Shown here piece after piece: positions 9,253-18,865 of a stretch of DNA of 45,424 bases. The notes under the pieces are model-generated. The model searched no databases, had not been told where the DNA came from, and was given only the letters and a program-made list of their open reading frames with translations. Numbering within the stretch: the first letter of the stretch is position 1; every line of letters begins with the position of its first letter. The translations under genes and the position numbers were made by a program. Source of the stretch: a virus; the UHGV virus genome UHGV-0356033; one strand, given 5' to 3'.

Positions 9253-10144
9253 CACGATAAAATCCAGAGATGTAGCTTGGCGCTATCCATCGCCATTCGC
9301 GCCAGCGCATTTCTGACATTTTACCACACCATACACGCTTCCAATGAGCACGACGGATATGTGCTGCGCAATAAATTGCCAAACAAACCTCGTGTCCTTC
9401 CTTGCGTTGCTGCTCTATATCTTCCCATTGTACCGGACTTACGTCTAAAACGACTGCTTCACTACGTGGGCGAATCTCTGTATCAGGAACATAACGAATC
9501 GTTCTTCCACGAAATTCTTTCTTCTCACGTTCAGTACGTTTAATTCGTGACGAAAGGTATAGCCCGATGTAGACGGCGTCGAGTAGTCGTTGATTCTCCT
9601 TAACCGAAGTAAGAAGCGGTTTTAGCACGACGAAATCATCTTCGCTTTTATCGATTTTGTAAATCTCAAACTCCATGTATACCGATTCTTCACGTTCTTC
9701 GCATGACATTACGAAGAGAACTTCTTCGCCTTCGTAAAGACGTCTTCCGATAAATAACGTGATTGGGCTTTCGTCGAGATTTACGGTAACCGAGAAAGTA
9801 AATGAAGGGATGGTTTCTATCCAGAAGTACGGGACATTTTTTAGTCTCTCAGTTTTTGCTAAGAGCGCCATCAGTTCTTCGTCTGAGATGATTTCAACAG
9901 CAGCGTATTGCCATCCTAGGCCCAGGGACTGTTTAATCAGTCTAGGAATCTGTTCTGTAACACCATACTCTTGATAGGTCGGATCTTTAACTGGCATAAA
10001 CGTTACGGGTATTTGTCGTTTATGCTCGTTAATGAACCGAATAAAACGGCACTGGTCTAATCCGTGAATTGTTTGGTGCGCTTTTTCTATCTGTTCGCTC
10101 ATGCGTCTTAGCGCTTTCCCGTAAAGTCTATTATTCGCTATCAT
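9245..10144 (-). CDS. hypothetical protein (299 aa), paralogue of 10170..11096 with shared C-terminal AAHIRRAHW motif
   Basis: ORF track 9245..10240; start moved to ATG 10144-10142 with AGGAG SD 7 nt upstream; aligns with neighbour along most of its length. Confidence 0.55.
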   Translation of the reverse strand: MIANNRLYGKALRRMSEQIEKAHQTIHGLDQCRFIRFINEHKRQIPVTFMPVKDPTYQEYGVTEQIPRLIKQSLGLGWQYAAVEIISDEELMALLAKTERLKNVPYFWIETIPSFTFSVTVNLDESPITLFIGRRLYEGEEVLFVMSCEEREESVYMEFEIYKIDKSEDDFVVLKPLLTSVKENQRLLDAVYIGLYLSSRIKRTEREKKEFRGRTIRYVPDTEIRPRSEAVVLDVSPVQWEDIEQQRKEGHEVCLAIYCAAHIRRAHWKRVWCGKMSEMRWREWRWIAPSYISGFYRGK

Positions 10145-10169
10145 TTTAATGCTCCTAAACACTTTTAGC

Positions 10170-11096
10170 TTAATTGTGGGGTACGTAGCCACGGACAAAT
10201 GTAGGTGGAATCCAGTAAAGTTTTCTCTTCCTTTCCCCATCTCTTGGACCGACCCAATATCTGCGCCAGTGCGCGCGACGAATATGTGCGGCCTTGGCGT
10301 GTTTGATACCTTCCATGGTTTTCAAGTCGGTGTTAAATCCCTTTAGATATTTCACTTGTCCTGGCGTGATGTCTATTTTAACGTCACGTTCACGAGGTTT
10401 GATTTCGTGACTTATGCTACCATTCTTTTTGATTTCTTTGAACTTAATGTCATTGAAAGACCCTCTGAGATTAGGCGGGATTAGCGTACAGAGAAATATC
10501 AACGATATGGCGGTTTTAGCCAGTGATAACCATAACGTCTTCTCTTGTTCGGTCTGTACGCCAGTCGTATAATCGATTTCAACAAGCCCGTTTCCAACAC
10601 TACATATCTCTAACGAGCAGGTGGCGATCGTGGTAACGCCTTCTGTTAACCCGTAATCAGTATTTGTAGCAATTATAATAAACCTTCTATTCCCATTTTT
10701 TCGATAACCGAGAAAGAAAGTCTCATCTTCTTTACCTACATCGATTGCTACAGTCCAAGTAGGTATAAAGTCTAACCACTCTTCAGGGAATTTACTGGGC
10801 ATCTCAGTCTCGAAAACAAGTTCTCTAAGTGCTCGATCGGATATTAAGGAAGCACCACCGTATAGCCATCCAATTGCCAATGTTTGTGCGTGAAGGGAAT
10901 GGGGATCTTTGAGACCTAACTCAGCATCGTAGGGTATAAAGGCATTAGTTAAATGCTTACGATTCTTTTTTATCCATTTCGAGACAGGATTTTCCTTTAT
11001 TCGGTTTTCTTCCATGACATTTTCAAGATGCTGAGACCCCATTTGTCTAAGGCAGTCTTTAATACCTTTTACTTTTTTACTTTTGTACAAATACAT
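10170..11096 (-). CDS. hypothetical protein (308 aa), paralogue of 9245..10144
   Basis: ATG 11096-11094 with AGGAGAA SD; C-terminus KAAHIRRAHWRRYWVGP...WIPPTFVRGY matches CAAHIRRAHWKRVWCG...WIAPSYISGF of neighbour. Confidence 0.6.
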   Translation of the reverse strand: MYLYKSKKVKGIKDCLRQMGSQHLENVMEENRIKENPVSKWIKKNRKHLTNAFIPYDAELGLKDPHSLHAQTLAIGWLYGGASLISDRALRELVFETEMPSKFPEEWLDFIPTWTVAIDVGKEDETFFLGYRKNGNRRFIIIATNTDYGLTEGVTTIATCSLEICSVGNGLVEIDYTTGVQTEQEKTLWLSLAKTAISLIFLCTLIPPNLRGSFNDIKFKEIKKNGSISHEIKPRERDVKIDITPGQVKYLKGFNTDLKTMEGIKHAKAAHIRRAHWRRYWVGPRDGERKRKLYWIPPTFVRGYVPHN

Positions 11097-11117
11097 GGTT
11101 TATTCTCCTAAAATGGT

Positions 11118-11150
11118 TAAAAATAAAGTAACCCTAGCCGAAGCTAGGGT
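11118..11150 (-). terminator. intrinsic terminator downstream of gene 11156..11644
   Basis: Stem 11131-11138/11143-11150 with CGAA loop; T-run on minus strand. Confidence 0.5.
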
Positions 11151-11155
11151 GTCTA

Positions 11156-11644
11156 TTAATCTATTTTGACGTAATCGGGATAGTTAGCTTTTAGCCACTC
11201 CCATAGTTGCAGAGCAAGTTGGTTTTCGTTACGCTTGATGATTTCTACGATTTCGTTCAAGAGAGAGTCTTCAACCCAAATCCGGGTATAAAATTTTTCC
11301 CATTCCGGTTCTGTATAAGGGACTAGCGGGGTAGGGAATCGTCCCATGTGGTACGCATCAGAAACTTTCTTTAAGAACTCGTTGCGACCATGGCGTAGGC
11401 GTTGCCGTACGTCTGTTTCTGTTATGCGCTTGCTTGATGGATCGAAGAAATCAAGTATGATAAATATGTATCCAAATAAGCTCTGAGAAGAAAAGTAGGA
11501 CGCGGCGTAGTCCGCCATCCAGGGAGTGTCTACAACTAACGGAGTCAACTTTTCTTCAATTTCTTTTCTTACACGCGTTCCGTTATTGAGAAATTCATGT
11601 ACGAAATCGGTGTCACGAATATCGAAGTTATGATTTAAGTTCAT
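11156..11644 (-). CDS. hypothetical protein (162 aa)
   Basis: ATG 11644-11642 directly after stop of upstream gene; AGGA SD. Confidence 0.55.
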   Translation of the reverse strand: MNLNHNFDIRDTDFVHEFLNNGTRVRKEIEEKLTPLVVDTPWMADYAASYFSSQSLFGYIFIILDFFDPSSKRITETDVRQRLRHGRNEFLKKVSDAYHMGRFPTPLVPYTEPEWEKFYTRIWVEDSLLNEIVEIIKRNENQLALQLWEWLKANYPDYVKID

Positions 11645-11645
11645 T

Positions 11646-12170
11646 TTACTGTCCTAAAATTGGGGAGAGTTTGTCTGCGGTGTTTAACAACGCTTTTGTA
11701 ATTTCGTGGTTGGTCTCTTTTAGGATGATGCAGCAGAGAGTGGTATAAACCTCGATTGCTAACGCGATTTCTTGTTCAGTCAGGCACGGTTCGGTACCGC
11801 CAATCCCGTAACGTTGCGCTGCATATTCAATTTCAAGTTTCAAACGTTTTCGTAGTGCCTCATCGTTAGTTAAACGCGTACACGCCCGATCGAAACGTCT
11901 ATTGTAAGCCTCGATCTTGTGGACAATTTCGCGTCGCAGTTGGTCGACATTTACGTTATCATCAAGAGTGATGGTGACGTTGTCAACTAAACAGTAATGC
12001 ACTGTGTGTCGTAAGTTGTGTAATGTGGCGACAGTAACGACCCGCTCCTGATGGTCGCTAAAGCCGTGAGCACCACAGAGCTTGCGTGCAACCGCGCCAG
12101 AGATTTTCTCCTCTAGCGCTATCGGTGTGGCAATGGTTGTTTTCTTACGAAGCTGAATTAAAATATCCAC
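11646..12170 (-). CDS. hypothetical protein (174 aa), GTG start
   Basis: No in-frame ATG near 5' end; GTG at 12170-12168 preceded by AAGGAG SD with 7-nt spacer. Confidence 0.5.
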   Translation of the reverse strand: MDILIQLRKKTTIATPIALEEKISGAVARKLCGAHGFSDHQERVVTVATLHNLRHTVHYCLVDNVTITLDDNVNVDQLRREIVHKIEAYNRRFDRACTRLTNDEALRKRLKLEIEYAAQRYGIGGTEPCLTEQEIALAIEVYTTLCCIILKETNHEITKALLNTADKLSPILGQ

Positions 12171-12172
12171 GA

Positions 12173-12715
12173 TTATACTCCTTTAGGTTGACCGTATTTT
12201 GATGACAGGTAGATGAGCTCAGCATGACAGATTTTCTCAACTAACCCGAGTGTCTCAATGAAAATATCCCGGATACGGGACATTGTTTCGTTGGTAAGAA
12301 TATCGCTCCAACACGTTGTGTCTATTATATCCGTCGTTGAAGATTGTCGCTGCAATATGGCGACATACACTTCGTCGAGGGTATCTGGAGCATTATTCTG
12401 TAAGTAATGCGCGGCATGTAGAAAGGCTTTCTCAAGAATCAGGTGAATATCCGTATCGGGATCAGTTACCCGCACCAAATGTGGGTATGTCATGGCCGAA
12501 CGGATTTTTCGTTCTAACTGTTCAATGAGATTATTCACCATCGCTTCTGAATCCAGGATAGTAATTTCGACCCCACTGTGTTCTTCAGAAATCTTGTTCT
12601 CATGTACTGCTATCGCGTCGTGCAGTTCAAACGCAACGCGGCTACGCATCTCACTTAACAGTTTGTTTAATTTACCCCGTGACTCGCTGAGTGAGAAATC
12701 GATAAGTATTTTCAT
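12173..12715 (-). CDS. hypothetical protein (180 aa)
   Basis: ORF track 12173..12745 begins at GTG; ATG 12715-12713 lies right after TAA of upstream gene (TAACATG); start uncertain. Confidence 0.45.
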   Translation of the reverse strand: MKILIDFSLSESRGKLNKLLSEMRSRVAFELHDAIAVHENKISEEHSGVEITILDSEAMVNNLIEQLERKIRSAMTYPHLVRVTDPDTDIHLILEKAFLHAAHYLQNNAPDTLDEVYVAILQRQSSTTDIIDTTCWSDILTNETMSRIRDIFIETLGLVEKICHAELIYLSSKYGQPKGV

Positions 12716-12716
12716 G

Positions 12717-13454
12717 TTAATAGCCCTGATAAATAATGTCGTCACGGTCTTTACGTAACTGGCAGTATGTTACGTCAGCACCGTTAGGGATTTGTACGCC
12801 AGCGTCTTCAAGATAAATAACACCAGTCTGATTACAGAAATAAAAAGACCACAAGTACGGATTGCCTTGACAACTGTTTTCACGATGATCGAAGGGCCAA
12901 TAGCCTCGATACAATTCGTCGTAATCACCGCGCTCGATACCAAAAGCAATCATTTCTTTTTCCCACAATCTGCTTTCGGCGTCGTAAATCGAAAACCAGA
13001 AACCGACGAGGTTCTTTGTCCGTTTAACGTTCATTAAGTCGTTATAAATGGGGTAGAGTGCTTTATTGAAACTTTCTAACATCTCTGGAGAGAGTAGAAA
13101 GTTCACGTAGTATTCTAGCCATTGATAAACGGCTTCCCAGACATCTTCAGAAGAGAAATGCTCGAATACGGCGTCATCACAATCGTAGTTATCGAAGACC
13201 CCTGAGAGATCTATTATGACGTCGCGAAGGTCAAAGTTTCGGTTGCTATTGACACCCTCAATAACTTCAGCGATGAGACGAGTAAAGACGTTTGTGCAGG
13301 CAGTCTGTGCGGTATAAAAGAATTCTCCTTGTACGGTTGACCACTTTGGGTCCTTCAAATGTTCATTGAAGTATTGTGGCCAAATTTTATAAAAGATTCC
13401 CTCGAACAACGAGGGATTGATACGTTGTAATTGAGGGACATAAACTTTTAGCAT
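12717..13454 (-). CDS. hypothetical protein (245 aa)
   Basis: ORF with ATG 13454-13452 and GGAG SD. Confidence 0.55.
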   Translation of the reverse strand: MLKVYVPQLQRINPSLFEGIFYKIWPQYFNEHLKDPKWSTVQGEFFYTAQTACTNVFTRLIAEVIEGVNSNRNFDLRDVIIDLSGVFDNYDCDDAVFEHFSSEDVWEAVYQWLEYYVNFLLSPEMLESFNKALYPIYNDLMNVKRTKNLVGFWFSIYDAESRLWEKEMIAFGIERGDYDELYRGYWPFDHRENSCQGNPYLWSFYFCNQTGVIYLEDAGVQIPNGADVTYCQLRKDRDDIIYQGY

Positions 13455-13490
13455 CTTAATAACTCCAATGGTGTTACACCTGGATAATAT

Positions 13491-14159
13491 CTATCTAAGA
13501 ATATTTTTAGCGAAAAAAGGATCGACTGTAAACTCCTTCACCTGTGAATCATAACCCGAATGTATTTGATCGCTACTGAGCAAATACCGGTCTAAGTCGT
13601 GCGGAAGAATCCAAGAATCACCTTGTTTAAAAATACCATAATCTGTTGTTCCAGAGGAAGAAATGATTTCCTCTGGAGACGAATAGATGTGGCGTAAAGC
13701 GAGATCGGACGGCTTTAACACGATTAATCGAACGGGAAGTTGACTGACTGCCTCTTTAATAAACTGGTCGCGATTAAACCAAATTATTTTTTCGGGGTAG
13801 GTTTCGAATTCAGCCCATGCCCGCGTGATAACTAATTTGGAAATCTTTTTCAACTCTTCAGAACGCTCTGCGTAGCCGATACACTCCTTGCGTACTTCAT
13901 GATTTTCTATCGATGCTGTGATTTTTTGGAATAGGTGTTGTTGGAAAAAGCCGTTCTCCGGGATATCACAACCCGCGTTGTATAGTGCAATGATCTCCCA
14001 CAACAACGAAAGAGAAAACACAAATGCTAACTTTTCCACAACTTCCCAATCTTCGGAGTAAGGGGCTTTAAAGCCCCAATACTGCCGTGCGTTATACATA
14101 AAGTGAGTTTGTAAAAACCGGGGGGCTTTTGACAAGACCTCACTATAAACGATCAGCAT
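13491..14159 (-). CDS. hypothetical protein (222 aa)
   Basis: ATG 14159-14157 overlaps stop of upstream RNase H gene. Confidence 0.55.
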   Translation of the reverse strand: MLIVYSEVLSKAPRFLQTHFMYNARQYWGFKAPYSEDWEVVEKLAFVFSLSLLWEIIALYNAGCDIPENGFFQQHLFQKITASIENHEVRKECIGYAERSEELKKISKLVITRAWAEFETYPEKIIWFNRDQFIKEAVSQLPVRLIVLKPSDLALRHIYSSPEEIISSSGTTDYGIFKQGDSWILPHDLDRYLLSSDQIHSGYDSQVKEFTVDPFFAKNILR

Positions 14160-15673
14160 TCAAGCTCCTTATCCGTCAATATTCGTTTGTTTGAATAATA
14201 GCCACACCACAACCCATGATATTTTTCCCCGATATAGACCAAAGCGTATTCGATATACTGCCGTTCTGGACGCCGTACCGCCACGTAGAATCGTCCTTCT
14301 GGTTCTTTCATACGGTTGATTTCCGTACGCGTCGGTATGTCGATACCACGAGTAAGGATAGTTTTAACCTTGTTTTTACTACCAGGGATATGGATGGTTA
14401 CGTCAAAACCTTTATCTACGTTACGATAAAAATCTTTCTTCGGCTTACCTTTCTCATCGTAAAGCAGGTCAGTAATGTCGTTCATCACGACTGAGTTTTT
14501 CCCTTCCATGGCATCGCGTAACCAACCTGCAAGTTCATCACGAATCGTAATGCAGCGATAAGACAATAACGCGGGACGAAGAATTCGTGTAATCGAAAGA
14601 TCTTCAAACATCCATAGGTTTTTGTCTTCGCTAAAATGCATCCGATCGATAGGAATACCGTTAGCTGCGGCTTCTGCGAACTTCTTACGTTTTACGAATA
14701 AGTTAAATACAACGGCGATGGGATCAAATTGACGTAAACGGGGCACCCCTTCCCACGCTTTCGCAGAGTGGGTATTTACCAACTCGTATACGTTATCCCA
14801 TGGTTCTTTGGTAAACATTACGCAGAATTGTGCGTCTGGAATGTACTTACCAACGAAGACGATATCGTCCTTCTGTTTTGCATGGTTCCCACCGAACATG
14901 TAATAAAGTTTATTACCCTTAACTGTAACAGTGGGATGCGGTTCGTTCACCATCGGGTAACAGAACTTCGTAACACAGATATCGGGAAAAGCAGACAAAT
15001 TGACACCTTCACCAACAACTTCTGGTTGCTGTTCTTCCTCAGGCATCTCGTCTTTTGACCAATACGGTGTATAGTCTAAGCCCTCCCCTCGAGCCGAAAT
15101 ACTTGAACCCTTCCGTGCTAACTCGTCGGCACGTTCGTTTCCATAACGTCCAGAGTGGCCTTTAATCTTAAGGACACGAACACCTTTCCCTTCTTTCTTT
15201 AACCGCTGTTTAACCTCCCACATCCGTTGGATTAATTCCAAGTTCGCAATGGGTGTACCGTCCGCACGCCGCCATCCTCGTGCTGCCCAACCGTCAATCC
15301 AATCGTTATACGTGTTGACAACGTAAGATGCGTCGATATAGATAACATAGTTTTTAGCAACAAAAGGTGCGTGTTCGAAGACGGTCAAGAAAGCCACGAG
15401 TTCTGCAACGTCGGAGTGTGACATTTTTGGTACAGGCACAACACCGTCAATAAACTCCACGGTTTCTGGTAAAGGTGGAAGTTTTTCATCCTTGTTTATC
15501 TGGCGGTATCCTGACGTCGTAATCCCCTCGGGAATAGAGGGATGGCGATAAACCCGACCATCCTCAATCGTTTCACGATTAAATAAGTATCCATGAATCC
15601 CCGCTCCTGTACCGAGCGGGGAGGTCAAATGGCTACCATCCGTGTAAATTACTGCAACATCAACGTTCTTCAT
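14153..15673 (-). CDS. RNase HI-domain protein fused to an uncharacterised C-terminal domain of about 315 aa (506 aa)
   Basis: N-terminal 190 aa carry RNase HI hallmarks: IYTDGS...G.G, VAEL, IYIDAS, NDWIDGWAARGW..ADG.P..N.EL, KGHSGRYGNERADELARKGS (compare E. coli RnhA FTDGS, [43 protein letters not shown]). Confidence 0.7.
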   Translation of the reverse strand: MKNVDVAVIYTDGSHLTSPLGTGAGIHGYLFNRETIEDGRVYRHPSIPEGITTSGYRQINKDEKLPPLPETVEFIDGVVPVPKMSHSDVAELVAFLTVFEHAPFVAKNYVIYIDASYVVNTYNDWIDGWAARGWRRADGTPIANLELIQRMWEVKQRLKKEGKGVRVLKIKGHSGRYGNERADELARKGSSISARGEGLDYTPYWSKDEMPEEEQQPEVVGEGVNLSAFPDICVTKFCYPMVNEPHPTVTVKGNKLYYMFGGNHAKQKDDIVFVGKYIPDAQFCVMFTKEPWDNVYELVNTHSAKAWEGVPRLRQFDPIAVVFNLFVKRKKFAEAAANGIPIDRMHFSEDKNLWMFEDLSITRILRPALLSYRCITIRDELAGWLRDAMEGKNSVVMNDITDLLYDEKGKPKKDFYRNVDKGFDVTIHIPGSKNKVKTILTRGIDIPTRTEINRMKEPEGRFYVAVRRPERQYIEYALVYIGEKYHGLWCGYYSNKRILTDKELEC

Positions 15674-15675
15674 TC

Positions 15676-16410
15676 TTAATCCCTGGTTAATTGATCACGA
15701 ATCTGCGGCGCAACATACTCGCCCGTTTTCAGTTCTTCGTGACAGGCTTTGGCGCGTTCAAACCCGTATTGGCGTGTGACCAAAGCGAGGTGGTAAATAC
15801 GTGCCGTGGTGTAGGCTTCTTTTGCTGCATCCCACATAGCGTGGTGCTCAAAAGCGGGCTTACCGCGTGTCCAGTAAATTTGCTCTACAGTTAGGTCAGG
15901 CTCGAAACCAAATGCAAAGGCTAAACGTTCTGCGGTACGATCGCTATCCAGTGCACTGAATTTACGGAACTTCCCTGGCGGAATATCACACTGTGCGAAC
16001 GCGTTCATGAAAATCGGTGCATCGAAGTCAGGACCACGCATGGTAATAACAAATTCATGTTTTGCGGTAATCTCCCCGAGCCATTTTTGCATCGCCCACA
16101 GTGCGTCCGGCAATGCTGTCGTCCCACCCCATGCTTCCGCATAGGCTTCACGAGACGGTGCGTATTCGGGTTCGCCTTTACCTTCCCACCAACCAACGGT
16201 TTGTGGGTCTTCGTGGAAAATGGCTTTTGCTTTAGGATCGTTAGGATCAATACGGATGTATGAGGAACCGACCATTTTCAATGTAGGGACGTCAAAAGCC
16301 ACTAAACCTGCACTTAACAGATAAGCATCGGGATGTAATGATTTGGTTTCAGCATCAGCGCCAATAACCAGCGTCGGTGTGTACGGGGTGACAATTTTTG
16401 GGTAGGTCAT
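15676..16410 (-). CDS. DEDDh-type (DnaQ-like) 3'-5' exonuclease (244 aa)
   Basis: Exo I-like DAET near N-terminus, Exo II-like AFD, Exo III-like HHAMWDAAKEAY; ATG 16410 with AGGAGA SD. Confidence 0.5.
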   Translation of the reverse strand: MTYPKIVTPYTPTLVIGADAETKSLHPDAYLLSAGLVAFDVPTLKMVGSSYIRIDPNDPKAKAIFHEDPQTVGWWEGKGEPEYAPSREAYAEAWGGTTALPDALWAMQKWLGEITAKHEFVITMRGPDFDAPIFMNAFAQCDIPPGKFRKFSALDSDRTAERLAFAFGFEPDLTVEQIYWTRGKPAFEHHAMWDAAKEAYTTARIYHLALVTRQYGFERAKACHEELKTGEYVAPQIRDQLTRD

Positions 16411-16452
16411 GTTGAATTCTCCTGTTAGTCTACATTAAAATAGTTGCAAACG

Positions 16453-16496
16453 TTAAAAAGAAAGACCCTCCTGTACCACGAAAGGGTACAGGAGGG
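16453..16496 (-). terminator. intrinsic terminator downstream of gene 16501..16956
   Basis: 12-bp stem 16466-16477/16485-16496 with 7-nt loop; T-run on minus strand. Confidence 0.6.
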
Positions 16497-16500
16497 GGTG

Positions 16501-16956
16501 TCAGTACAAACACGATGTCAAGTATTGGTTGTACGAATCGAGTAGTGTCTGACGGTCGGAGCGGTAATTCCACAACAAATTATTGAGTTTACGCGATAGG
16601 TCACGGCTAATCTCCTGGGGCGTTAAAGAGCTTTCATCGAGAGATAAGCGTTCAGGTACAACATGTAACTTCGGTAACTCATAACGCTCACAAAGTGGAG
16701 CCAGCATTGGTGGGCTCCAGCCACGTTTAACGGCTTGTTGGTTTAAATTTCGGGTGTAGACATAAACGTAGTAAGCATAGGTGTTGACATCCGCAACATA
16801 CTCACGCATTGCATTATTGTCAATTTTCCAATTCACCATTATTGGTGGTGTAGGAGGAAGTTCCAGTGGCCTATAAGCTGGACGTTTAACTTCGTCGCCG
16901 TAGCTATTACTCACCAACCCCACGAACACCATCATGATGAATAACAGCATTTTCAT
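16501..16956 (-). CDS. secreted protein (151 aa) with Sec-type signal peptide
   Basis: ATG 16956 with AAGGAG SD; N-terminus MKMLLFIMMVFVGLVSNSYG; no lipobox Cys. Confidence 0.55.
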   Translation of the reverse strand: MKMLLFIMMVFVGLVSNSYGDEVKRPAYRPLELPPTPPIMVNWKIDNNAMREYVADVNTYAYYVYVYTRNLNQQAVKRGWSPPMLAPLCERYELPKLHVVPERLSLDESSLTPQEISRDLSRKLNNLLWNYRSDRQTLLDSYNQYLTSCLY

Positions 16957-16959
16957 CAA

Positions 16960-17463
16960 TCACTCCTTAGAAGACGTTAGCGTCTTTATGATCTCCTGTC
17001 GAAAGCTGTTCGCATTTAAATTGCCAACAGGTCTCGCCGAAGCCTCTTTACGTTGTTCTGGTGTTGAAGCTGGATTAACAGGAGTTTCTGGTTTTGTCGA
17101 AGACAGATCCTTCGCCGTACCGCTCGCTTTCGATGAATTAAACGTGCTTTCATATGGCGGTTTCTGGCCGAGGCAAACGAAGAGCCTGTCGTATAACTTC
17201 CCATTATCTTCTTTTAGTTTATCTCGATCTTGTTTCATCTCTTGGTAAGACTGCGACATATACGTGTCATGAGACTGCACTGCAACGAGCGCGTGAAACT
17301 GTTGTACATAGGCGTAGGAGACGAAGCCAGAATACGACAACAAGATCGTGATGATTAAAGTCATTATCTTGCTTGCTCTTGATACGTTTTCTCCTTCTCC
17401 TGGTTTAAATGCTTCCATTAACATCTGAAGGAAGAACGGAAGCACTTTAAAAAATGAACCCAT
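16960..17463 (-). CDS. membrane protein (167 aa), single TM helix plus coiled-coil and S/T/P-rich tail
   Basis: TM segment IMTLIITILLSYSGFVSYAYV; stop overlaps start region of downstream secreted-protein gene. Confidence 0.5.
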   Translation of the reverse strand: MGSFFKVLPFFLQMLMEAFKPGEGENVSRASKIMTLIITILLSYSGFVSYAYVQQFHALVAVQSHDTYMSQSYQEMKQDRDKLKEDNGKLYDRLFVCLGQKPPYESTFNSSKASGTAKDLSSTKPETPVNPASTPEQRKEASARPVGNLNANSFRQEIIKTLTSSKE

Positions 17464-17488
17464 TGCTCACCTCGGAGTATTTTTAATT

Positions 17489-18862
17489 ATGTTAGACTTA
17501 CAAGGTTTTATTCAGATACCGGCACTGTTTGACAATCAGGACGGCGTCACCGCTCCGGTGGGCGAGCTGTCGGATTTGACACTCTCGTACGCGAAGAGTA
17601 AACAGACGTTTACTAAAACCAATTTGCAAGTTCAATTGGTGACTTTTACGTCTAAACGAGAAAAACAGACGGTTGTTGTACCAGCCGAATTTTCTGATCA
17701 TATTCTAACCGTTTCTCAATGGATTTACCAGCAAGCCATCTTGGGGAATCTGAGAAATGACGAACTCGAATTCCAGCGCCTGTTATTAGGCCAATTCCAA
17801 TCAACCATTTCTGGTGTTCAGTCTGGTGCGATGATACAGACGAACAGTAACTGGTTCCCACGTTGGGTGAGCTGGAAATATGAAGTAACGGCAGATCAAG
17901 TACAAGATGACACTGATGTAGATAATCAGATCATTGTTTGGTTCTCGGATGAAGACTTCGATCAAGATTACACAGGGTTCGAAATCGAAGTACAGATGCC
18001 GATTTCACCAATCGACACATTTTTGTCGACCAAGTCAGTCGTTGAAAAGGCGATGGAAGGGTTTAACCTTACCGAACACCATAAGAAAATCAATGAGTTA
18101 ATGGCAGGGTTTCCTTATACCGCCATCCAAACCAACTACTATACTTGGCACGATCAAGAAAACTACGAGTCTACCCTAGTTGTCCCAATGTCGGTTATTA
18201 TCTACGGACGTGCGGGAAAAAACCCAACGAAAATAAAGCAAGCGTTGCGAGAACATATTCTCGCTAATTCTAGCTTTACTGTCCCTATCGGGGTAAAAGT
18301 ATTTCCCGAAATTTTCACTACCACGAAATTTACAATTGTCCCTGGATGGAAAATTCGTGGGATACCCAATGAGGAAGATGTGGCGGCGCTTTATTCCCCC
18401 ATCCTTCCATATGATTTCTGGGTCAAAGCTATCAGTCGGTTTGGAGAATGGGCAGACCAGACGGTAGCAGAAAGAAATACTAAAACGATCAGTAAACCTA
18501 CAACAGACGTAACTGACTTACCAACAGTTTATAAATCATTAAACTGTGTTGTAATCAGTGGGCCGGAAAACGATACACGGAAAGCGACCTTACACGAAAC
18601 TATCCCGGATTATGCGTTAATTGCGACGACTAACCCTGATATTGCGCGTATGTCGAAAACAACGACCGAATGGTTGGCGTTATTCTTCCAGGCACTTATT
18701 GCTGCGGAAGAATACCACCCGTATCAAACCAGCTTAGATGTTGTAAAACTGGTCGATGAGGCCGACCCTGATAACTACTTCTGGGTGTTTGAATACGACA
18801 ACGTAGAATATCGTATCCTGTCTCGGAAAGCGAAATGGTACACCGAGTTAGACGAGGAGTAA
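17489..18862 (+). CDS. hypothetical protein (457 aa)
   Basis: Long plus-strand ORF; ATG 17489. Confidence 0.6.
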   Translation: MLDLQGFIQIPALFDNQDGVTAPVGELSDLTLSYAKSKQTFTKTNLQVQLVTFTSKREKQTVVVPAEFSDHILTVSQWIYQQAILGNLRNDELEFQRLLLGQFQSTISGVQSGAMIQTNSNWFPRWVSWKYEVTADQVQDDTDVDNQIIVWFSDEDFDQDYTGFEIEVQMPISPIDTFLSTKSVVEKAMEGFNLTEHHKKINELMAGFPYTAIQTNYYTWHDQENYESTLVVPMSVIIYGRAGKNPTKIKQALREHILANSSFTVPIGVKVFPEIFTTTKFTIVPGWKIRGIPNEEDVAALYSPILPYDFWVKAISRFGEWADQTVAERNTKTISKPTTDVTDLPTVYKSLNCVVISGPENDTRKATLHETIPDYALIATTNPDIARMSKTTTEWLALFFQALIAAEEYHPYQTSLDVVKLVDEADPDNYFWVFEYDNVEYRILSRKAKWYTELDEE

Positions 18863-18865
18863 TGA

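Noticed and set aside
11646-12170. HD-domain phosphohydrolase call for the 174-aa protein
   Set aside because: Contains HGFSDH and several His, but no canonical H...HD...D arrangement; left as hypothetical
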